A stretch of 32,000 bases of DNA from Paenibacillus sp. XY044 (GTDB lineage Bacteria; Bacillota; Bacilli; Paenibacillales; Paenibacillaceae): the NCBI RefSeq assembly GCF_002257645.1, contig NZ_NQMO01000001.1, forward strand, positions 574,065 through 606,064. The letters are read 5' to 3'. This document shows positions 25,104 through 32,000 of the stretch, in pieces. Below the pieces are notes generated by a model. The model was given only the letters and a program-made list of their open reading frames with translations. It made no database searches and had not been told where the DNA came from. The position numbers and the translations under genes are program-made. Each line of letters opens with the position of its first letter. Position 1 is the stretch's first letter.

Positions 25104-25201
25104 GCGTGAACCGTAAGGAACGTCGGTCACACCTATAGCGACAGGACGTATCCGCCTTGCGTTTGAATCCGCTCAATGGGGTGCCCTGCTCTGAAACGGA
25201 T

Positions 25202-25229
25202 TTGACGGACGTTATAAATTCTTTAGAAT
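25202..25229 (+). promoter_or_regulatory. sigma-A-type promoter candidate for the ABC/two-component operon
   Basis: TTGACG (25202-25207), a 16-nt spacer, then TAGAAT (25224-25229). It sits about 30 nt upstream of the AGGAGGAG SD. Confidence 0.45.
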
Positions 25230-25262
25230 TGCCTCCTATACTTCTTGGCAGGAGGAGATCAT

Positions 25263-26000
25263 ATGAACGAGATGAACGTACTGGACGTATTGAACGTATC
25301 GAAAAAAGCAGGGTCGCGCACCTTGGTGGACCAAGTGTCATTTTCCATACAGGCCGGGGACGTATGCGGTTTTGTCGGCCCGAACGGTGCCGGGAAAACG
25401 ACGCTGATCCGAATGATGACAGGATTGATTAAACCGGGGGGCGGGAGCATCCGCATTGACGGAACCGATGTGGGGCGCGAGCGGGTCAAAGCGCTGTCCC
25501 GTGTCGGGGCGATTGTGGAATCACCGATCTTTTTCCCTTACATGTCGGGCAGGGACAACCTGCTGAACTTGGCCAGGCTGCATCCGAATGTGCCGGGGAC
25601 GGAACGCAAAGCACGCGTCGAGGAGGCGCTGTCGATTGTAGGACTGAGCGAACGCGGCCAAGACAAAGTGAAAACTTACTCGCTCGGCATGAAGCAGCGG
25701 CTTGGCATCGCGCAGGCGCTGCTCGGGGATCCGCGGCTGATCATTCTGGACGAACCGGCGAACGGCCTTGACCCGATGGGTATCCGCGAGCTGCGCCAGT
25801 TGATTCAGCGGCTGAATCAGGAACGAGGGATTACTTTTTTGGTTTCGAGCCACCTGCTGGACGAGCTGCAGCGAATTTGCAGCCGCTTCGTCATCATTAA
25901 GGAAGGCAGGCTGGTCTGGGAAGGCACGAGCCGCGAGTGGCAGGAGGCGGCAGGGACTAAGGGGATCGAAGAGCATTTTGTGGAGATGATGACGTCATGA
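25263..26000 (+). CDS. ABC transporter ATP-binding protein
   Basis: Walker A GPNGAGKTT, signature YSLGMKQRL, Walker B LIILDEP, H-loop SSH. ATG 25263 lies 5 nt after AGGAGGAG. Confidence 0.9.
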   Translation: MNEMNVLDVLNVSKKAGSRTLVDQVSFSIQAGDVCGFVGPNGAGKTTLIRMMTGLIKPGGGSIRIDGTDVGRERVKALSRVGAIVESPIFFPYMSGRDNLLNLARLHPNVPGTERKARVEEALSIVGLSERGQDKVKTYSLGMKQRLGIAQALLGDPRLIILDEPANGLDPMGIRELRQLIQRLNQERGITFLVSSHLLDELQRICSRFVIIKEGRLVWEGTSREWQEAAGTKGIEEHFVEMMTS

Positions 26001-26842
26001 GCAGATCCTTGTTTCTGAGCGAATGGGAACGGATGTGGAAGCGGAAAATCACCTGGCTGTTCCTGATCGCCATGCCCGCCGTCGTCGCGGCAACCGCCAA
26101 ATATTATGCCGGCCATAATTTGGGGACACCGCCCGCGAGCCCCGAGTACACCTGGGCGGGGAATTTTCCGGTGATGGCCCTGATCGAGCAGCTGATCGTC
26201 GTGTTCAACGTGATTTCCCTGGTATTGCTCACGCTTTCCGTCACGGAGGAATACCGCAGCGGGCAGATCCGGATGGTCATGCTACGTTCGTTCACGGCAG
26301 GGCAGCTGCTGCGCGCTAAGTGGCTCGCCCATACGGCGGTGATGGCGCTGTATTTTACCGTATACCTGCTATTCTCAGGGGTCGCCGGGCTGTTGTTCTT
26401 CAAGTCTCACGACTACATGCAGCTGTTTTACTATGATCATACCGTCCGCGTCTCGGGGATGCTCGGCTATACCCTGATGTATTACGCAATTGCGTTTATG
26501 ACCGTGCTGGCACTCGGGAGCGTCTTCATGGCGGCGGCCGTGATTTCAAGGACGACGACCGGGGCCGTAGGCTTAGGGCTCGGGTTTCTGCTGTGCTCGC
26601 TCGGGTTCCCGCTGATCTATCAGCTGGCCAATCGGGTCGGCGGGCTGGGGATGCCGGCTATGCTCAAGTATTTGTCATTGACCGAAATTCAGTACAGCGG
26701 GATCGCTGTCATGCTTGGGCAGGCGCAGGCTGTAAATTCGGGTGCCGTCGCCTTGGCCGCACTGCTCGTATGCGCTCTATACGCCGCGGTCTTCGGGGTA
26801 GGGTCGCTGCTTGTTTTTTCAAAATCGGACCGGTGGATGTAA
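25997..26842 (+). CDS. ABC-2-type transporter permease 1
   Basis: ATGA overlap with the ATPase gene. Polytopic hydrophobic protein of 281 aa. Confidence 0.8.
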   Translation: MSRSLFLSEWERMWKRKITWLFLIAMPAVVAATAKYYAGHNLGTPPASPEYTWAGNFPVMALIEQLIVVFNVISLVLLTLSVTEEYRSGQIRMVMLRSFTAGQLLRAKWLAHTAVMALYFTVYLLFSGVAGLLFFKSHDYMQLFYYDHTVRVSGMLGYTLMYYAIAFMTVLALGSVFMAAAVISRTTTGAVGLGLGFLLCSLGFPLIYQLANRVGGLGMPAMLKYLSLTEIQYSGIAVMLGQAQAVNSGAVALAALLVCALYAAVFGVGSLLVFSKSDRWM

Positions 26843-26854
26843 GGAGGTTATACT

Positions 26855-27625
26855 ATGTTTGCTTTGATGCGAAGCGACTGGGAACGGATGTGGAAACGGA
26901 AGAAGACGCTCATCAGTCTGCTAATCTTTGTTTTCATCGTGGGATTTGACTGCTTTTTTTTGAACATGCAGAAACTGGGGGCGTTCGATAACGTATCGAC
27001 CGTACCGCTTGGGACCGAGAATTTCGCCTTGTTTCTATTAAAAGAGGTATCGTTCTTCCTCGTGCTCATTATCGGACCGATGCTGATCATAGACAGTATG
27101 AACGGAGAGTACACAACCGGACAGCTGCGGATGGTGTTGATTCGTCCTGTATCCTTCGCCAAGCTGTTTCTGGCCAAATGGCTGAACCTGGCGGTGCTGC
27201 TGCTGCTGTTCACGCTTGTTACGTTTGCCGTCGGCGAAGCCTTCGGCTATGCCTTCCTGCCCGGTGCGGATACCGTGGTGTTTTTGAATCCGGAACACCG
27301 CTACGGGCCAGTCGGTGCGTTTTTCTACTGCTTGACGTCTTACGGCCTCTTTTATCTGATCCTGCTGGCGCAGCTGAGTTTGACCAGCCTGATCTGCACG
27401 CTGCTGCCTGGCGTCGTGCTTAGTTATTTGGGGTGGATAGCGGCCGCGGTCGGCGCGCTGTATGTCTCCGATTCGCTCGGGTTTCTGCTGATGGGGATGG
27501 ATACGGTCTTTAAATTGACGGCCGGAATGTACCATAATCCTTTTTATTTACCGCTTCTGATGTGTCTTGGATCCGGCATTGCCGTTACAATGGGAATATG
27601 GCAGCGGAGAGGCTGGACCAAATAG
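26855..27625 (+). CDS. ABC-2-type transporter permease 2 (paralogue of permease 1)
   Basis: AAGGAGG SD. Its N-terminus MFALMRSDWERMWKRKKT parallels MSRSLFLSEWERMWKRKIT of permease 1. Polytopic, 256 aa. Confidence 0.8.
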   Translation: MFALMRSDWERMWKRKKTLISLLIFVFIVGFDCFFLNMQKLGAFDNVSTVPLGTENFALFLLKEVSFFLVLIIGPMLIIDSMNGEYTTGQLRMVLIRPVSFAKLFLAKWLNLAVLLLLFTLVTFAVGEAFGYAFLPGADTVVFLNPEHRYGPVGAFFYCLTSYGLFYLILLAQLSLTSLICTLLPGVVLSYLGWIAAAVGALYVSDSLGFLLMGMDTVFKLTAGMYHNPFYLPLLMCLGSGIAVTMGIWQRRGWTK

Positions 27626-27649
27626 AGAGAGAAGAAAGAGGTACATGGA

Positions 27650-28345
27650 ATGAGCGACAAAATACTGATCGTGGATGACGAAGCCGAAATTGCCGCCCTG
27701 CTGGAGCAGGCGCTAATGATGGAAGGCTATGAAGTAACGACCGCCGCAGACGGCCGTGAAGCGCTGGACCGGATCCAGGACCGGCCGGATCTGATCATTC
27801 TGGATGTCATGATGCCGCATGTCAACGGTTTCGAGCTGTGCCAAATGATCCGCGAGGAGGTGGGCTGTCCGATTCTGTTCGTCAGCGCGAGGCAGGCCGA
27901 AGCGGACCGGATCCAAGGGCTGTCCATCGGCGGTGATGACTATATTACGAAGCCGTTCAGCATCCGGGAGCTGAAGGCGCGCGTTGCGGCCCATCTTCGG
28001 GGAAGCCGCCGCGCTGCCGGTCAGCAGGCGGAACGGTCCACTTTGCGGTACGGGTTAATGCAAATCGATCTTAACGGGCGGAGCATTGCTTACAAGCAGA
28101 TCGGGATTCCGCTGACAGCCAAGGAATTCGATATCATCGAGCTGCTGGCGCTTCACCCCGGCCAGGTCTTTTCCAAGGAGCAAATCTATGACAAAGTGTG
28201 GGGGCTTGAGGCGATGGGGGATGCCAGCACGGTAACGGAGCATGTGAAGAAAATCCGGGCGAAGCTGGGCGGTACGGATCCGGATACCCCTTATATCAGC
28301 ACGGTTTGGGGGGTCGGCTATAAATGGGAAAAGTCAGCTTTATAG
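27650..28345 (+). CDS. OmpR-family response regulator
   Basis: Receiver domain ILIVDDE...ILDVMMP...TKPF, plus a winged-helix output domain LTAKEFDIIELL...TVWGVGYKW. Confidence 0.9.
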   Translation: MSDKILIVDDEAEIAALLEQALMMEGYEVTTAADGREALDRIQDRPDLIILDVMMPHVNGFELCQMIREEVGCPILFVSARQAEADRIQGLSIGGDDYITKPFSIRELKARVAAHLRGSRRAAGQQAERSTLRYGLMQIDLNGRSIAYKQIGIPLTAKEFDIIELLALHPGQVFSKEQIYDKVWGLEAMGDASTVTEHVKKIRAKLGGTDPDTPYISTVWGVGYKWEKSAL

Positions 28346-29805
28346 AACGGCTCTCCATTAAGAAACAGCTAATCTATACCTTCATTCTGATTATGGTGCT
28401 CAGTTTAGTGCTGACAGCGATAACCTATATTCTAGGTTTTTGGTGGCTTACAAGCAGCCGCTGGTTCAATCCGGCCAATCATTACGAACAGAAAATTCCG
28501 GCGATTGCCACATACTCGCGCAGCTTGGGAGATGCGGTGCTGGATCCGGCCAACCAGCCGAAACTGGAGGTGAAGATTCCGGGTGAAGGGATCCAGTACC
28601 AGGTGATGGACACCGAAGGCAAGGCATTGTACGGAACGTTAACTGGGCCGGTCTTTGAGAAAAAAGGGGATTTGGTCCAACACTTGAATACCACTTTTTC
28701 ACGGAATCGCAGCGTCGGGTTCGGCGGCGTTATTACAAAAATCGTGCCCGTGACTTCGTCTTCCGGCGAGCTTCGCGGCGCCATCGCGCTGGAGTACAAG
28801 CTTGAGGTGACTTCAAACGGCGGTCCAGGGGCAGCGGATATTCTCAAATTTGCCCTGAATATTTGCTTTCTTGCAGCCCCTTTTATTTACATTGCGCTCT
28901 TTACCTACATATTTGCGGCCAGGTTCGGAAGGCGGATCAGCCGACCGGTTCACGAACTCATCGATGCTTCCGAGCGGATCCGCAGGCAGGATCTTGATTT
29001 TACGATCACATACAAGGCGGCCAATGAACTGGGGCTGCTCACCGATTCCTTTGAAAAGATGCGCGCCGCGCTGAAAGACTCCCTGCTCAGGGAATGGAAG
29101 CTCGAGCAGGAGCGCCGGGATATGATGGACGCCATCGCTCACGACCTCCGGACGCCGATGACGATTATTCAGGGAAACGTCGAAATGCTGACGGATACCG
29201 CCGGAGTGATTTCGCGCGACAAGCTGGAAGAGCGTCTCCGCGTGGTGGAGGGCAACATCCAGCGGGTTAACCGGCTGATTCAGGATATTCAGGTGGCTTC
29301 CGAGAAGGATATGGAATATTTTCCGCTGTACGTGAAAGAAACGGATGTCGCGGAGTTCGCAGGCGCCAAAGAACGGGAGATCCGGTATTTATGCGCAGGA
29401 AAGCATGTCCAGCTGGAATATACGGTGACCGATGAGCGACCTGAGCCGTGTTCCGTTTATATGGACGTCCAGAGAGTCGGACAGGTTCTGGATAACGTGA
29501 TCACGAACAGTCTGCGGTATGTTCCGGAGAGGGGGAGTCTCATCGTATCGCTCAAGATCCGGGAGAAGGACATCCGGTACGAAATCTGCGACACGGGGCC
29601 CGGTTTCGACGAAGCGGACATCCCGCATTTGTTCCGAAAGTTTTACAAAGGTGACAAGGGGCAAACCGGACTCGGGCTGTATACGGCCCGCGTCATTTGC
29701 GATAAACATGGGGGAGTCATCGAGGCTTCCAACCGGCCGGAAGGCGGGGCGTGCATTGCGTTTACGGTACGGACGGACTTGAACAACCGAGAATCGGAGC
29801 AATGA
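28324..29805 (+). CDS. Sensor histidine kinase (two TM segments, extracytoplasmic loop, HAMP, HisKA, HATPase_c)
   Basis: H-box DAIAHDLRTPMT, N-box NVITNSLRY, G-boxes DTGPGF and GLGLYTA. It overlaps the regulator gene by 22 nt. Confidence 0.9.
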   Translation: MGKVSFIERLSIKKQLIYTFILIMVLSLVLTAITYILGFWWLTSSRWFNPANHYEQKIPAIATYSRSLGDAVLDPANQPKLEVKIPGEGIQYQVMDTEGKALYGTLTGPVFEKKGDLVQHLNTTFSRNRSVGFGGVITKIVPVTSSSGELRGAIALEYKLEVTSNGGPGAADILKFALNICFLAAPFIYIALFTYIFAARFGRRISRPVHELIDASERIRRQDLDFTITYKAANELGLLTDSFEKMRAALKDSLLREWKLEQERRDMMDAIAHDLRTPMTIIQGNVEMLTDTAGVISRDKLEERLRVVEGNIQRVNRLIQDIQVASEKDMEYFPLYVKETDVAEFAGAKEREIRYLCAGKHVQLEYTVTDERPEPCSVYMDVQRVGQVLDNVITNSLRYVPERGSLIVSLKIREKDIRYEICDTGPGFDEADIPHLFRKFYKGDKGQTGLGLYTARVICDKHGGVIEASNRPEGGACIAFTVRTDLNNRESEQ

Positions 29806-29835
29806 CCGGGAAGCGGTAGTAAGGCGCCGGCAAAA

Positions 29836-29865
29836 ACAGGATGCGTTCATCCTGTCTTTTGATTT
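29836..29865. terminator. Bidirectional rho-independent terminator
   Basis: ACAGGATG / CATCCTGT stem with loop CGTT. It is flanked by CAAAAA upstream and CTTTTGATTT downstream, and lies between convergent genes. Confidence 0.7.
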
Positions 29866-29918
29866 GTTAGCGGCGGGTCAATCGTCGATACGGTGGATTG
29901 AGATCTCGTAACCGATGT

Positions 29919-30119
29919 TTATGCGAAGGGATGTTTCCCCTTTTTTCGTCTTAGCAGGCTCCAAGTGATGGCAAGCAACCAGGGCGTGCTTTTTTTCGGA
30001 TTGTCGGAATGATGACGTTCGCTCGATTCTTGGGTTTCTGATACGCCGGCATGTCTGCGCCGATGCTGCGCATGTCGGTATTCCATCAATTTTTCCTGTA
30101 CATAATGATGTTCCAGCAT
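29919..30119 (-). CDS. small His/Arg-rich hypothetical protein with a hydrophobic C-terminal segment
   Basis: On the minus strand, GAGGAGGAGATCAC precedes ATG 30119. The product is MLEHHYVQEKLMEYRHAQHRRRHAGVSETQESSERHHSDNPKKSTPWLLAITWSLLRRKKGKHPFA. The longer ORF-track start at 30185 lacks an SD. Confidence 0.45.
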   Translation of the reverse strand: MLEHHYVQEKLMEYRHAQHRRRHAGVSETQESSERHHSDNPKKSTPWLLAITWSLLRRKKGKHPFA

Positions 30120-30274
30120 GTGATCTCCTCCTCGAATAAATGTTCCGGTGTTGGATTTATCTGTCTTTTCTCTGTCTAATGCCATTATGATCTATTCAAA
30201 AGGGGATAAAAAGTGTATACTTGCGCAAAAGGATTTCCTCTTTTATTGGAACGTGAGAGTAAGGAGGGGTTAGC

Positions 30275-32000
30275 ATGCTGTTAGACGAAAGGTATTTGCT
30301 GCTGCATGAACGCTTTGGCGTCGGAACCGAGCTTGGGGTGCCCGTCGAAGTCACGCTGTATGAGCTGGCCGATGCGCTGTATTGCACCACCCGCAACGCC
30401 AAGCTGATTTTAAGAAAACTGGAAAGTGAGCATTTGATCGAGTGGCTGCCCGGGCTGGGCCGGGGAAACCGGTCAAGGATCGTATTCAAAGCTGACAAGG
30501 AAGCCTATTTGATCGAGTACTCCCAGCATCTCGTGGAGCAGGGCGATTACAAACGCGCTTTCGACCTGATCGGCGGATTTGGAAACGGAACGTTCGCCAA
30601 ACCGAAATTTCTCGAATGGCTTGATAATCACTTCGGCTACAAAAAAGGGGAAGAAGGCGGCCTTGACGATACGCTGATCTTTCCGGTACTGAAGTCACCG
30701 CAAACGCTGGACCCCGCCGATTTGATGTACTCGTTCGATTCGCATTTGATCCGGCAAATTTTCGACAGGCTGCTGAGGTTTGAAGAACAGACCGGCACCA
30801 TTGCACCGATGATCGCTCATACTTGGTCATCCAATGACAGTGCCACGGAGTGGACGTTTTATCTGCGCAAGGGAGTCCGTTTTCATAACGGTCAGGAGCT
30901 GACCTCACGCGATGTTCAGTATACGCTCGAGCGGCTTCAGGCCGGGACGGCCAACAACTGGCTGATGCGCGGCGTGGAGTGCGTTGAAACGATCGGCCCG
31001 CGGGTGCTGCGGGTCAAGCTGAACCAGCCCAACCGGATTTTTGACCGGTTCATGTGCTCGGCGGCGGCTTCAATTCTGCCCTATGGCTTCGCAGGCTTGG
31101 ATGAGGACAGCTATTGGGGCCACCCGCTCGGAACCGGGCCGTTCCGGCTGGTCACCTGGACCAGCGGACGGATCGAGATGGCGGCGTTCGACGCCTATTT
31201 TCAGGGGAGACCGTATCTGGACGGCGTGGACATCGTGATCATGCCGGAAGACTGCAGCACAGAAATAGACGGGATGGCCAAGGTCCACCACAGCCTGGAC
31301 ACGATGCGCATGGACCGGCATACGCCGGAGGAAAGCTGGCAGGAGATCGAGAAGTTGTGCCAAGGCTGTACGCTGCTGACCTGGAACGTTTCGCACGAAG
31401 GGGTGCAGCAGTCGGAGGCGTTCCGGCGAGCCGTGCGGATGATCCTTCATCCCGGAGAGATGGTAGCGGAGCTGGGCGGCGAACGGGCGCTGCCGGCTTT
31501 CGGATTCCGCCCGGATGCGAGCCGTTCCCACGCGGTGGAGCCGATGCGTCCCGATCGCGTCCGGAGGGCGCTGGATGAATCGGGATATAACGGAGAGGTC
31601 CTCCGCTTTGCATTCCACCAAAAATATGGGGAAGACGGGATGTGGGTCGTAAACCGGCTGGCTGCCTGGGGAATCCAAACCGAGACCCTGGATTATGACC
31701 AGTGGCCGGAATCGGATTTGGTCATCTCCGGCCTGGTGTTCCCGGAAGACGAGGTCTGCGAGATCGAAGCCTATGCGCACCGCGATTGCGTCATGCAGAC
31801 GTATCTTGACGGTGAGCGGATGGAATGGATTACGGGCCGGATCGATGCGGCCGTGGCAGCCGAAACCACGGACCAGCGGCGGATGTTCCTGAAGGAGATC
31901 GAGGAACATCTCCGCGATGAGGCGACGGTCATTTTTTTGCACCACCGGAGGCTGAGTACCTATTTACACCCCTCGGTGCGCGGCGTCAGCCTGAATCAGC
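30275..32000 (+). CDS. SgrR-family transcriptional regulator (N-terminal HTH plus family-5 solute-binding domain); 3' end outside the window
   Basis: Not in the ORF track because it has no stop. Hand-translated from ATG 30275 (AAGGAGGGG SD). It reads MLLDERYLLLHERFG...LYELADALYCTTRNAKLILRKLESEHLIEWLPGLGRGNRSRIVF, then ...LDPADLMYSFDSHLIRQIFDRLL...WTFYLRKGVRFHNG... Confidence 0.8.
   Translation, partial: MLLDERYLLLHERFGVGTELGVPVEVTLYELADALYCTTRNAKLILRKLESEHLIEWLPGLGRGNRSRIVFKADKEAYLIEYSQHLVEQGDYKRAFDLIGGFGNGTFAKPKFLEWLDNHFGYKKGEEGGLDDTLIFPVLKSPQTLDPADLMYSFDSHLIRQIFDRLLRFEEQTGTIAPMIAHTWSSNDSATEWTFYLRKGVRFHNGQELTSRDVQYTLERLQAGTANNWLMRGVECVETIGPRVLRVKLNQPNRIFDRFMCSAAASILPYGFAGLDEDSYWGHPLGTGPFRLVTWTSGRIEMAAFDAYFQGRPYLDGVDIVIMPEDCSTEIDGMAKVHHSLDTMRMDRHTPEESWQEIEKLCQGCTLLTWNVSHEGVQQSEAFRRAVRMILHPGEMVAELGGERALPAFGFRPDASRSHAVEPMRPDRVRRALDESGYNGEVLRFAFHQKYGEDGMWVVNRLAAWGIQTETLDYDQWPESDLVISGLVFPEDEVCEIEAYAHRDCVMQTYLDGERMEWITGRIDAAVAAETTDQRRMFLKEIEEHLRDEATVIFLHHRRLSTYLHPSVRGVSLNQ

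Noticed and set aside
25104-25200. Possible response-regulator direct repeats (AGGAACGT / AGGACGT) upstream of the ABC operon
   Set aside because: There are only two imperfect 7-8-mers with irregular spacing, which is indistinguishable from chance by eye.
25066-29850. Numerous antisense or off-frame ORFs across the ABC/two-component operon (for example 25521-25976, 27038-27535, 29389-29850)
   Set aside because: Each overlaps a + strand gene with clear Walker, receiver or kinase motifs. None has a plausible SD. They are a high-G+C artefact.
31070-31945. 291-aa minus-strand ORF and several + strand off-frame ORFs (31041-31238, 31114-31578, 31239-31613, 31695-31892)
   Set aside because: They lie entirely inside the SgrR-family gene, which the ORF track misses because it has no stop in the window. 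Their composition is Arg/Pro/Gly-rich, as expected for wrong-frame high-G+C translation.
1-32000. tRNA, rRNA, CRISPR arrays and arbitrium-type (AimR/AimP) modules
   Set aside because: No cloverleaf-like or repeat-spacer structure was seen in any intergenic gap. No TPR receptor of about 380 aa with an adjacent short peptide gene is present in this part of the prophage. A tRNA or repeat scan by software would still be worthwhile.

Overview
The window has two parts. Positions 1 to about 24172 are the right-hand end of an AT-rich prophage. Hand-counted 60-nt lines give about 30-35% G+C. Every gene is on the + strand and the genes are tightly packed. The gene content resembles SPbeta. It includes a class Ib ribonucleotide reductase operon (nrdI, an intein-containing nrdE, nrdF), dUTPase, ThyX, a dCMP-deaminase-family enzyme, a DnaE-type polymerase and a RuvC-like resolvase. 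It also carries two free-standing HNH homing endonucleases, an actin-like ParM/RHH cassette, a CPBP/Abi protease and a PTH2-type peptidyl-tRNA hydrolase. About 25 small hypothetical genes are present, and the element ends in a large serine recombinase. At about 24171-24173 the composition jumps to about 60% G+C. The reading frame there continues directly into the 3' two-thirds of a COG0523 (CobW/YciC-type) GTPase gene, so the prophage appears to split that host gene. The host flank is Paenibacillus-like, which is an inference from composition and gene content. It encodes a LanFEG-like ABC transporter (ATPase plus two paralogous permeases), an OmpR-type response regulator and a histidine kinase. 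It also has a small His-rich ORF on the minus strand and a partial SgrR-family regulator gene. No rRNA, tRNA or CRISPR array was recognised. All functional calls rest on motif recognition and remembered homologues, because no searches could be run.
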